The notes beneath the pieces are model-generated. The model was not told the DNA's origin, ran no database searches, and was given only the letters and a program-made list of their open reading frames with translations. From the human T2T-CHM13v2.0 reference genome, Homo sapiens, in NCBI RefSeq assembly GCF_009914755.1, contig NC_060935.1: a DNA stretch of 64,000 bases; one strand, 5' to 3'. Positions 38,681 to 53,910 of the stretch are shown here, piece by piece; position 1 is the stretch's first letter; each line of letters starts with the position of its first letter. A program made the position numbers and the translations under genes.

Positions 38681-40711
38681 ATTTTTTCATTTTCTATATC
38701 AAATGTATAAAATAGAAATTAGATATAATGGGCTGAGTTCATCTTAATTTGCATTTTACAATGTAAATAGAACCTTTAAAAATATCCAGACTACTCTTTA
38801 AAATATGTTATAAGTCTAGATCTAAGTTCTAGAGAGAATTGTGGAGTAAACTGCAGATTCACTTCCTCAGTAAATATTTATGTAAAAATGTTAAGTGATA
38901 AACCCTGATTAGATATACCATATCCTATCTTCCAGTGGGCTCAAAATCCTTATTACTAGCTTTTACTATGGAGAAAATAGTTTTCACTACTATTTCCACT
39001 TGCAGTCCTGTGCCAAGGGAATCTATATGGGAATTATATATATTATCACTAGAAAAAGATGCTTAGATACTCTATATTATAAATAAACTTTATTTTTGAA
39101 TAATGCTAGTCTGTGTTCACTGAATCTAAAAAATTCATGTTTGGCATGCGAACTCCTATGCATAAAAATTTTTTCTTTGAAAGAAAAAGTATACTATATA
39201 ATAGTAAGTTATTAAATAATAATTAAAGATATTATAATTCATGCAATAATTTAAAAAGTACTTTTTATATGAACACGTTTATTTATTTTGTGTCTTCTAG
39301 CATTTTTCATATCAGCAAGTATATTAAAAGGAACATATTGTGTGCAATGTGTAGGCCCAGCATAGGATTCTCTATACTAAAATTTTGCAATGATACTGGT
39401 TAATTGCTAGATTTCAGGCACCTTTCTAACCTCCGTTTTAGTGGGCGTGAAAGGGTTTATTTGTAAGAGATATTGCTGCTGACAGAATTTTATCTTTTTC
39501 TCCTGGAATCTCAACAGCTACTCCCATGTTATAGGCATCCCCAGAAAGCTCGTCAAAGGATTTCCACCCACACTCTGAATATCTAACAGGGCTTGACCCA
39601 TTTTTTTTCTCTTATTAATATAGCAGCATACACATCATGAAGAAAGATAAAATAAGGACTAGTCTAAGCTTGGAATTTCAAAAAGTTATCTACCTGTATG
39701 CAAGGAATTGAAGCGGACAACAAAATTAGCCTTTATTTTTTTTAAATTATGCCCTTAACAATCTTATCACATTAAGGAATCACATCTAATTTCATGAATA
39801 TAGTTTTATTTTGAGTGGCTTAAAATGTACATTTGTATTCTTAAATGCAGTGACTATAAATGCCAAAAATAGAGTGCACTATAAATCAAGAATTCTCCTT
39901 TGTACTCAATTGTTAGGACATAATATACTGCTTAATAACATAGATAATAATTAAAAGAAGACTAAAGCTTTGTGTAGTAATCCTAGTAGAATCCTTTGGA
40001 AGTAATCAGGATAGTTATAAGACAGAATATGAAAATACATGTTTAAAGTAATTTTCTTGTATAAATGATTACATTTTTTTGTTTATGTAAACCATTAGCT
40101 TTTTTTGTTTTCCTTATGTAACATCTAAATACTCATATATAGACTGTGGCTAATTTTTTTTTTAACTTAAAGGATAAAAGTCCCTCTGGAATACAACACT
40201 GCATTCAGTTTTCCCTCTTAACTCTCTATTGTTGGGCAAGTTACTCCAAGCCTCAGTCACCTCATCTTCCTTATAGTGAGTGAGGTATAAGTGATAAAAT
40301 AATAATTATTGAAATAAATGCTAATTATTGTTACCATAACAGTTGTTTCTCCTGCTTTTATTAATTTGGAGTCAGTCACTCAGCTAACATCCAAGTATAA
40401 ATACATGAGTGGTGAGGAATACTTCTCCTTTGTAGTTATGCCATCAGTTGTCTATATTCACTGTTTTGAATTCCTCTGACTCCATTCTTTCTTTTTTTTT
40501 ATTATTATTATACTTTAAGTTTTAGGGTACATGTGCACAATGTGCAGGTTAGTTACATATGTATACATGTGCCATGCTGGTGTGCTGCACCCATTAACTC
40601 GTCATTTAGCATTAGGTATATCTCCTAATGCTATCCCTCCCCCCTCCCCCTACCCCACAACAGTCCCCAGAGTGTGATGTTCCCCTTACTGTGTCCATGT
40701 GTTCTCATTGT

Positions 40712-43339
<2,628 letters not shown>

Positions 43340-43395
43340 TTAGCTGGTTATTTTGCTCATTAGTTGATGCAGTTTCTTCCTAATCTCGATGTTCT

Positions 43396-44412
43396 TTACA
43401 TTTTGGCATGATTTTGTAGCGGCTGGTACCAGTTGTGCCTTTCCATGTTTAGTGCTTCCTTCAGGAGCTCTTTTAGGGCAGGCCTGGTGTTGACAAAATC
43501 TCTCAGCATTTGCTTGTCTGTATAGTATTTTATTTCTCCTTCAATTATGAAGCTTCGTTTGGCTGGATATGAAATTCTGGGTTGAAAATTCTTTTCTTTA
43601 AGAATGTTGAATATTGGCCCCCACTCTATTCTAGCTTGTAGAGTTTCTGCTGAGAGATCAGCTGTTAGTCTGATGGGTTTCCCTTTGTGGGTAACCCGAT
43701 CTTTCTCTGTGGCTGCCCTTATAATTTTTTCCTTCATTTCAACTTTGGTGAATCTGATAATTATGTGTCTTGGAGTTGCTCTTCTCGAGGAGTATCTTTG
43801 TGGCATTCTCTGTATTTCCTGAATCTGAATGTTGGCCTGCCTTGCTAGTTTGGGGAAGTTCTCCTGGATAATATCCTGCAGAGTGTTTTCCAACTTGGTT
43901 CCATTCTCCCCATCACTTTCAGGTACACCAATCAGATGCAGATTTGGTCTTTTCACATAGTCCCATATTTCTTGGAGGCTTTGTTTGTTTCTTTTTATTC
44001 TTTTTTCTCTAAACTTCCCTTCTCGCTTCATTTCATTCATTTCATCTTCCATCACTGATACCCTTTCTTCCAATTGATCGCATTGGCTCTTGAGGCTTCT
44101 GCATTCTTCACGTAGTTCTCGAGCCTTGGCTTTCAGCTCCATCAGCTCCTTTAAGCACTTCTCTGTATTGGTTATTCTAGTTATACATTCGTCTAAATTT
44201 TTTTCAACGTTTTCAGCTCCTTTGCCTTTGGTTTGAATTTCCTCCTGTAGCTCGGAATAGTTTGATCGTCTGAAGCCTTCTTCTCTCAACTCGTCAAAGT
44301 CATTCTCCGTCCAGCTTTGTTCCGTTGCTGGTGAGGAACTGCGTTCCTTTGGAGGAGGAGAGGCGCTCTGTTTTTTAGAGTTTCCACTTTTTCTGCTCTG
44401 TTTTTTCCCCAT
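43396..44412 (-). CDS. LINE-1 ORF1p, full-length open frame (338 aa) with missense changes at essential motifs
   Basis: MGKKQSRK...PLQNHAKM, same length as canonical ORF1p. Confidence 0.93.
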   Translation of the reverse strand: MGKKQSRKSGNSKKQSASPPPKERSSSPATEQSWTENDFDELREEGFRRSNYSELQEEIQTKGKGAENVEKNLDECITRITNTEKCLKELMELKAKARELREECRSLKSQCDQLEERVSVMEDEMNEMKREGKFREKRIKRNKQSLQEIWDYVKRPNLHLIGVPESDGENGTKLENTLQDIIQENFPKLARQANIQIQEIQRMPQRYSSRRATPRHIIIRFTKVEMKEKIIRAATEKDRVTHKGKPIRLTADLSAETLQARIEWGPIFNILKEKNFQPRISYPAKRSFIIEGEIKYYTDKQMLRDFVNTRPALKELLKEALNMERHNWYQPLQNHAKM

Positions 44413-45446
44413 CTTTGGTGGTTTTATCTACTTTTGGTCTTTGATGATGGTGATGTACAGATGGGTTTTTGGTGTGGATGTCCTTTCTGTTTGTTAGTTT
44501 CCCTTCTAACAGACAGGACCCTCAGCTGCAGGTCTGTTGGAGTTTGCTAGAGGTCCACTCCAGACCCTGTTTGCCTGGGTATCAGCAGCGGTGGCTGCAG
44601 AACCGCGGATTTTCGTGATCCGCAAATGCTGCTGTCTGATCATTCCTCTGGAAGTTTTTTCTCAGAGGAGTACCCGGCCGTGTGAGGTGTCAGTCTGCCC
44701 CTGCTGGAGGGTGCCTCCCAGTTAGGCTGCTCGGGGGTCAGGGGTCAGGGACCCACTTGAGGAGGCAGTCTGCCCGTTCTCAAATCTCTAGCTGTGTGCT
44801 GGGAGAACCACTGCTCTCTTCAAAGCTGTCAGACAGGGACATTTAAATCTGCAGAGGTTACTGCTGTCTTTTTGTTTGTCTGTGCCCTGCCCCCAGAGGT
44901 GGAGCCTACAGAGGCAGGCAGGCCTCCTTGAGCTGTGGTGGGCTCCACCCAGTGCGAGCTTCCCGGCTGCTTTGTTTACCTAAGGGAGCCTGGGCAATGG
45001 TGGGCGCCCCTCCCCCAGCCTGGCTGCCGCCTTGCAGTTTGATCTCAGACTGCCGTGCTAGCAATCAGCGAGACTCCGTGGGCTTAGGACCCTCTGAGCC
45101 AGGTGTGGGTTATAATCTCCTGGTGCGCCGTTTCCTAAGCCCGTCGGAAAAGCGCAGTATTCGGGTGGGAATGCCCCGATTTTCCAGGTGCCATCTGTCA
45201 CCCCTTTCCTTGACCAGGAAAGGGAACTCCCTGACCCCTTGCACTTCCCGAGTGAGGCAGTGCCTCGCCCTGCTTTGGCTGGCACAGGGTGCGCTGCACC
45301 CACTGTCCTGCGCCCACTGTCTGGCACTCCCTAGTGAGATGAACCCGGTACCTCAGATGGAAATGCAGAAATCACCCGTCTCCTGCGTCGCTCACGCTGG
45401 GAGCTATAGACCGGAGCTGTTCCTATTTGGGCATCTTGGCTCCTCC
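44413..45446. promoter_or_regulatory. L1 5'UTR with internal sense promoter (- strand) and antisense promoter (+ strand); most CpG-rich part of the window
   Basis: About 1030 nt long; YY1 site AAGATGGCC altered to AAGATGCCC; promoter activity inferred from L1 biology, not visible in sequence. Confidence 0.8.
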
Positions 45447-45458
45447 ATTCTTTCTTAG
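44997..45458 (+). CDS. L1 antisense ORF0, extended to 153 aa, stop at the TSD/flank boundary
   Basis: gcaATGG Kozak; MVGAPPPAWLPPCSLISDCRASNQRDSVG..GPSEPGVGY matches ORF0; residue 24 onward of ORF 44928-45458. Confidence 0.75.
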   Translation: MVGAPPPAWLPPCSLISDCRASNQRDSVGLGPSEPGVGYNLLVRRFLSPSEKRSIRVGMPRFSRCHLSPLSLTRKGNSLTPCTSRVRQCLALLWLAQGALHPLSCAHCLALPSEMNPVPQMEMQKSPVSCVAHAGSYRPELFLFGHLGSSILS

Positions 45459-45459
45459 A

Positions 45460-46730
45460 CTCCCCCAGATAAAGCTTTCAACTGCCCCACCCCACGGCTC
45501 TACCAAAACTCCTTTTGTCAAAGACTCCAGTGATATCCACAATGCCAAATTCAGTGGTTAGTTCTGATTTTTCTTAGATAAACACATAAGCCATCAGCAT
45601 CGTGTGTCATAGTTGACTATTTCCTATTCCTTCAAATGATTTTATTTGGATTTTTTTTTTCCTATCTGTACTGTTCCTTGTCAAACTCTTCATGTGTGCC
45701 TTCTTTTGCCCTAATATTTGTTCTTCTTCAGGGCTCATTCTACAGGCCTCTTTTCTATTTACACTCATTCCCTCAATAATCTTGCCTTGTTTCAGAGCTG
45801 TAAAAACTATCTACACATTGATGACTCCAGATTTTTATCTTCAGCCTTATCCCATCCAACTGCTTAGCTGGCATTTCCACTTAGCTGGCTAATAGAAATC
45901 TCAGATCTAACATGTTTAAACAAAACTTTTGATCTTCTCCTTAAAACATGCTTTGCCCTGATTCCAGCCCATCTGTTAAGGGCAATTCTATTTTTCTATT
46001 TGCTCAGGCAAAATAAAATTCTTTTAATAATAAAAAAGCATACTAATCCTTTTGATATGGCAGTACAATTCTGTTGGAAATCCCATTAACTCTACCTTCA
46101 AGGTGTATATGAAATTTGACCCCTACTTATCACCTTAGCATTACCACCCTGGTCCAGGCCACCATCATCTCCTAATTGGAGTTTTGTGTTTTGACTTGTC
46201 TTCCAGCTTCTGCCATTAAAATCCTTCTATAGTGTATTATCAGCCCCAGGACAAGTTATCCTTCTTAAAAGCAAATTAGATCATGTTTTTCCTCTGCTAT
46301 GTTGACCCCTGTTTTTTTACTCTGTTCTTGCCCCACCAGCTTCCCAGCTACCTTGCTGTTCTTTAAGTACACCTAGCATGTTTGCACCTCCAAGCCATTT
46401 CCTCTTCCCAGATGTTCTGTGGCACATTCCTTCATTTCTTTCAAGTCTCTGCTCAAATGTCTTCTGTCAGACTTTTCTATATAAAGTATCAAATTTACAA
46501 GTCAACTGTAGTATTTTATAATTCCTTACCCTTGCTTTATATTTTGTTATACAACATCACCCTTTGACATAGTACATATTTATTTTAAATAATAATTACT
46601 AGTTTATTGTCTGTTTACCCCAACTAGAATATAACTACCATGACAGTAGGAGTATTTTTCCCTTACTGTTATAGATCTAATACCTATAACAGTTGCTGGC
46701 CATAATAGGGTATCAATAAATATTTGCTGA
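45460..46730 (+). mobile_element. Long L2 LINE fragment
   Basis: ctctaccaaaactccttttgtcaaagactccagtga..aatgccaaattcagtgg; tgatgactccag; ends tcaataaatatttgctga. Confidence 0.85.
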
Positions 46731-47739
46731 AAGAGTAAAGGGATCAATCAAGCAACAAACATAGCAAGTAAAATAGAATAGATGCCCATGATCTATTGCA
46801 CTATAAATGATGCAGTTGCAAATATTCTTTAAATAAAGCTGCCCTGTAATACTTGACTTTTCATGAGCTACTTCAGTTTCATTAAAACTAAGTAAATATA
46901 TATAACACATTCATTCGTTCATTCAGCTGTTAAGTATCATGTAAAGATCAGCTATACTTTGTTCGTAAATATTTGTTAAACGAGAAGAATGTGCTTTAAG
47001 TAACAAAGTTATATAATCTAGAAAGATTTCTGAATAATCAAGGATTTTAACATAGGTATCTTTTAAATGGATTAGACTATGAAACTATAGTTGTAAAAAT
47101 AACAATAGCTAACAAAATTTCATCAAAACTTAAACTCTAATGTGTATTCGCATTCATTTATTTCATTTGATCATCACATTGACTGTGTAGAATATTAGGA
47201 TTAAATGTACGATTAAGATTTCTATACCAGTTTTTGAGGTGTAGTAACAGAGATCCAGTCATATAGCAAATAGCTTGTTCTACTAGGATTAAAATCTTAA
47301 ATATATGCGTAAGAGCTTAGTGCTTGTTCCTTTAAAATATGCCTAATCTTTTAAATGATTGATCTGCATTGATGTATTGGCAATCTTTTAATTTGTCCTA
47401 GGTTTCCCAAAATTTAACTTGAATCGGTCTTAACCAATTTCTTATCAGATGTTAAGAAAATTTAAAAAGAAGGGAAACATAGATGATAGAGGAAAAGCAT
47501 AGGGGATAGCCAAGTTTTTTTAATAAAGATTAAAAAATTGAATAATGGATAACCCTTTTAATCTTTTAGTTGTCTGATGTGTTTCAAACTTTTTTTAAAA
47601 AGCCAAGTGACTTATTTAAGAAGATTTGATTGTCAGAAAATAAAAGCTGTACTTTTAAAGAGCTTATATGTTTCTGAAAATAATGATATACTCAGTATTT
47701 TCTTGAAGTACTGTTTTATTCTAGGAAAAAGGTCATTTG

Positions 47740-48740
<1,001 letters not shown>

Positions 48741-50559
48741 GAAGCTAGAAACAGGGATCCATTAAAATATAAATAAAAGTCTCTGTTTAAGATTAGAATA
48801 TTGACTAAAATTTTGAGAATGTCAGAATCAGGTATTTGGTATTTGTATAGAAGAAGTATACATATGTTTGCATCTTATTAGCATATACTTATTTGTCAAT
48901 CATTATTAAGTATTCATTCATGTTAAAATTCTTCTGTTACTATATTTAGGTTTATTGGTTTCCTCTCATGCTCCATCTCTACTCTGGAATATGAGCTCAA
49001 AGACAGAAATGATGTCTTATTTTCCACTGTATTCTCAGTGCTCAAAGTTTGTTTCTTGAATTAAATTTAAAAAGCCCAAATGCATGGTTAGTATGCAAAA
49101 ATTATTGAGCATGAACTAAAGGGCAAATTCTAAATAGTAAAATTCAGTCAATGATAATTTAGAGAACATCATTCCTAGAATATAAAAATGCTCATTTTTC
49201 TAAAAGTAAGAAAATGATTGTATCCAATTATAAAGTCATATGGTAGTTTCCTTTATTCTGAGTTTATTATATTATTGCTTTTCACTTTCATCAGTGTCTT
49301 TCCTTTGTTTTATGGACACAACTCTTGTTTTTCCTTACTTGGGTTTCTATATCTATTTTAATTTTAAATGATAACAACAGTTTGAAGCATTAGGAAAGAT
49401 GACCTTAAAGCCGATCTGACTAGTGATTTTCAAAGCATTCTCCATGAACCCTGGTGGAATGTTTTTCTGGTTGTACTAAGAGGGAAGGGTGTGCTAAGTG
49501 GTCAGATAACTAAATCTCTCAGATCTAGCCAGCCTTCTTCAAGAGTTGGTTAGTGGCAGAGACCAAATTTTTTACATTGTCTTCTAGACATTATATCGCT
49601 TTAATAATTTTGATGATATAAGTGTCCGTCATTGAGCGAGTGTTCTTTTGAAAGGTGCTAATAGAGATTAAACTTTCTAGCCAGAACTGACCCTATGTAT
49701 TTTTATAATCTCCTTAATAATGAGAGACCTTATTGAGGGAAAAATATAATTCTGCCTGATGATTGGAGTGTAAAAAAAAAAAAACAGTGTGGAAGTAAAA
49801 ATAGTATGTTTAAAAACTGGCATTCTAGAGGGACTTTTAGATGATTTTAAAGATAAATGCCAAAGAGGAGCTTAAAATAATATGGAAACTTGTTGCCGTC
49901 ATTGATGTAAGTTTAACAGTCTCCCAGCAGCACTATTCCAAGCAGAGTATGAAGTCAGCTGTGGAAATATTGGTAAAATTAGAATTAGTCTTGTGACTTC
50001 TTTTGGCCGTACCTTTTTCCTTAGCAATAGAAGTTCATGCAGTGTAATATTTGGTGAAATTAAAGTAGTCAAATGGATAGAATACTAAAACAAACAAACA
50101 AAAAACTATGTTTTTACTTCCCTGGATTTCTTGTGGCTGAAGGCCCTTTTATCTTCCTACCTGATTTAATAAAAATAGTATGTATCATAACTATAGGCAT
50201 TTCAGCTACTTTTTTGAGAGGAAAACTGTTCTGTTTTATTTTTCTTTCTTTGCCAATGTTGCGGCATTCAAATACCTAAGCAAGATGTTAGTGTTAAAGT
50301 TTATTTCAAATTAAGAGTAGCATTCCAGGATCTCCAAGTACATTATGATAGCACTGTATAAAGTATATGACAAATCATCAATTTTACTGATCGTTGAAAA
50401 CTCATCTTAACTATGCAAATCCTAAAATAATTCAGTACATATGTTTGAGGGAACATTGTTTCCTCATGAGTCTTCCCCCGGAGAATGTCATATTGAAAGA
50501 AAAAAATAAGAACTTTTCAATAAATCTTTGTTTTAGTTATCTTTGGCCACATAACTACT

Positions 50560-50710
50560 ACAAAACACTGGCATAAAACAACCATTTTGTTATATTAGTG
50601 ATTTTGTGGGTCAGAAATTTGGGCAGGACACAATGAGGGATATTTCATTTTTGCTCTATAATGACTGATGCCTTAGCTGATTGGGTCAATTGGCTAGAAT
50701 TGCTGGGACA
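50560..50710 (-). mobile_element. Old MLT1-type LTR fragment
   Basis: taaaacaaccatttt...gattttgtgggtcagaaatttgggcagg. Confidence 0.55.
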
Positions 50711-51199
50711 GCTAGCTCAAAACAGATGTTTTTTAAAGTTCAAAAATAGGCAACCTAATAATATTATTTGAAGATTTATTCATAGATTGTTTAAAAACAA
50801 AAACAAAAAACCAAGAACATACAACTAAAAAGCAAGGGAATTATTTGTGCAGAATTCTAGATCTTGGTTTCATCTTGATGTTAGGCAAGGAAATCAGATT
50901 GCAGAAGGTAAGGTCATTTTCTTTTTCTTTGCCTGGTAAGTGTATGCAAGAGTATCCATTTAATTGTTATTCTTTAATCTCAAAAGAAACATTTATTGTA
51001 ATTTTTTGTCCTGACTTTTAAAAATTCTGCTTGAATTTTAACATGATATTATGTAGATAAGAGTTAATTTAACATTCATTTTGTATATTCTGTGGTATTT
51101 AAGTAGTTCCAATTTCAGCTACATAAGATTGGGTTTTTTTGTTTGTTTGCTTGTTTTCTTTTTTAATTTGTGTTTGTTGCCCCCAGTCTCTCAGGTCAA

Positions 51200-51325
51200 T
51201 ATAAATTCCTAGGCTGTAACTCCTGATTTTCCAGTTCAGTTTGTTTTTGGTATGGCTCAGGAATCTGCATTTTAAAAACTCCTACAGGTTATTCTGACAT
51301 ATGTCCAGGTTTGAGAACTACTGTA
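51200..51325. mobile_element. MER5A-like hAT-Charlie fragment
   Basis: ggctcaggaatctgcattttaa...caggttattctga...gtttgagaactactg. Confidence 0.75.
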
Positions 51326-51849
51326 TCTATTATCCAAACCTTATACTTGTTAGGAAAAGTATTAGCAAGTGTCAGGAATATTCTGGGACAAAGGTATACA
51401 CTTTTAATGAGAGGATTATATGCAGTGATTGAATAGTTGAGAAGCCAAACAGGGAGGCACAGTCAGAAGCCACTACATTTCTGGGCTGGGGGTACTAGAG
51501 CTCAAGGACCTGGGTCACCTGGCTGGGGCCGAAGCTATGGAAAAGAAACTGAGAGGAATTAGTAGAGATATCCTGTCTTTTCTCTTTTTCCTTTCTTCTG
51601 ATATTTTGGTAATATCTTCTATTGGCTGACCTTGATAAAAATCTTTGTGCAGCCTGCAAGGTTTAATCCCCGGAAATACAAAGCAGAGCAGGAAAAGGAT
51701 AGATCTGAAGATAGGCAGGTCTAGGACCTGAACTGATGTTCAGCTAGACAGGCAATGTCTTAATTCTTAATTGATTTGCTTCTCATACTTTGGGCTGTAT
51801 CCGTTGGGAATCAAAAATGCAAAATGTTAAAAATTACAGACAATGGAGC

Positions 51850-51970
51850 TGTACAACTTGTATTCAAAATCCAGCTCTACCCTTACTCACTGTGTGACTC
51901 TGGGATAATTACTTAATCTCCATGCTTGTGTCCTCATTTGTAAAATGATGAGAATAATTATCTGCCTCGT
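51850..51970 (+). mobile_element. MIR fragment
   Basis: atccagctctacccttactcactgtgtgactctggg..ttacttaatctc..cctcatttgtaaaatg. Confidence 0.8.
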
Positions 51971-52303
51971 CACTTAAAAACTGTGCACCAGGAAGACTAA
52001 GCAAATTCCTGTGGCCATAAAAGGATATTTGAAATTTTCAAGAGAAACAGTGATACCCAAAACCTGCTGTACACAGCCAAACTACTATTTCAAGGTGGTT
52101 AGTGGTTTCAGCATTAGATCATGTATTATTTCCTTCAGTGGTGTCATATCTTTACAAAGCTTGATTTTTTTAGTGATCATGAAAAAAAAAGTATCACATG
52201 AAAATCAACGTAGAACAGTAAATAAGATGATAGTATTCAACCTGATTTTCAAAATTGGAAAAGTTGTGCAGTGTCTAACAGGCATATATATACCTTTGGT
52301 AAG

Positions 52304-52690
52304 TATATTGGTCCATTCTCACATTGCTATTAATATAACAAATACCTGAGACTTGGTAATTTATGAAGAAAAGAGGTTTCATTGACTATCAGTTCCATAG
52401 GCTGTATAGGTAGCATGGCTGGGGATGCCTCAGGAAACTTACAGTCATGGCGAAAGGTGAAGGGGAAGCAAGCGTGTCTTCACGTGGCTGGCAGGAAGAG
52501 GAGAGAGTGAAGAGGGAAGTGCTACACAGTTTCAGACAACAAAATCTCATGAGAACTCACTATCATGAGAACAGTAAGGGGGAAATCCATACCCCTGATC
52601 CAATCACCTCCCACTAGACCACTCCCCTTACACATGGGAATTACAATTTGACATGAGATTTGGGTGGGGACATAGAGCCAAACCAAATCA
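52304..52690 (-). mobile_element. MSTA/THE1D-like MaLR solo LTR with 5-bp TSD
   Basis: Complete LTR; TSD gtaag at 52299-52303 and 52691-52695. Confidence 0.92.
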
Positions 52691-52744
52691 GTAAGTAAGT
52701 ATGATTATTTGAGAATAAAATAAAAATATTATTTCTGGCGAGGC

Positions 52745-53012
52745 GGCGATGAAAAGAGGTTGATTAATGGATACAAATATACAACTATATAGAAGAAATA
52801 AAGCAATGTTTGGAGCAATATTGTGACTATAGTTAATAGTAATATATTGTACATTTCAAAATAGCTAGAAGAAAATAATTTGAATGTTCCTAGCATAAAG
52901 AAAATATATTTAAGGAAATTGATAATTACCCTAATTTCATCTTATGCATTATATGAATGTATTAAAATATCATATGTGTTTGAAAATATGTGTATTATGT
53001 GTCAATAAAAAA
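52745..53012 (+). mobile_element. L1MA-type 3' end fragment
   Basis: gtgactatagttaa..atatattgtacatttcaaaatagctagaaga...gtcaataaaaaa. Confidence 0.75.
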
Positions 53013-53491
53013 TTATTTATCCTTTTATTTAGTATGTATTTCAAGTGACTGCTCAAAATTGTTAAGACATATGTACTTATTAGGCCCTAACTACATAATA
53101 AATGGAACTCTTAGATATTTATTTTGGCTTGGGGGTCATGTGAAAATATTACTGAGACATTAGGAGTGCAGTAAGCGAGCAACTTTTGTACATCATAACA
53201 TTGTCAGGAGAATTAACTGAGCTAATAAATGTTAAATAATTAGAAAAGTGCCTAGCAGGTAATAAGTGCTATGTAAGTGTTACCTATTATGGGCCAAAGT
53301 AAATGATCAATAGAATTGCAGTTCTAGCTACTATATTGCTATTACCATGACAACAAGGGAAAACTGTCCTGGGGCTTTTATGGGATTGGTATGGGATACC
53401 AAACAGTACTTCATGCTCACATCTCCTACTAAGGTATATTAGTGATACACATGGGTAATGTCTGTGAGCAAGGGTTACCATATTTGAGAAC

Positions 53492-53910
53492 TGCACTGTC
53501 CAATATAGTAGCCACTAGCCACATGTGGCAGCTAGTTAATCACTTGACATGTGGCTCATATGACTGAGGAACTAAATTCTAAATTTTAATTTAAATATAA
53601 AAACAATACTTGATTTAGTTATTGGAAAACTTTTAAGCATTTTTGAACAACTTTAGCATATAAATTGCCTCTTTCACTGTGTATTTTATGAACTATAAAT
53701 GCTATACTTAGTATTTCTAAATACTGTATTAGTATGATGTGTACTAGAATACTGTATTTCTATATGCTATATACTAACTAGAATATTATAATATTTCTAA
53801 ATACCGTATCAAGTATTTCTGATGAAATGTTGGTGTTTGAATTGAGATGTGCTGTGAATGCACACTGATTTCAAATACTTAGTATAAATAAAGAATGTAA
53901 ACAAATTTGC
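53492..53910. mobile_element. hAT-Charlie (Charlie1/MER33/MER3-like) fragment
   Basis: gcactgtccaatatagtagccactagccacatgtggc...gaattgagatgtgctgt...gatttcaaatacttagta. Confidence 0.75.
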
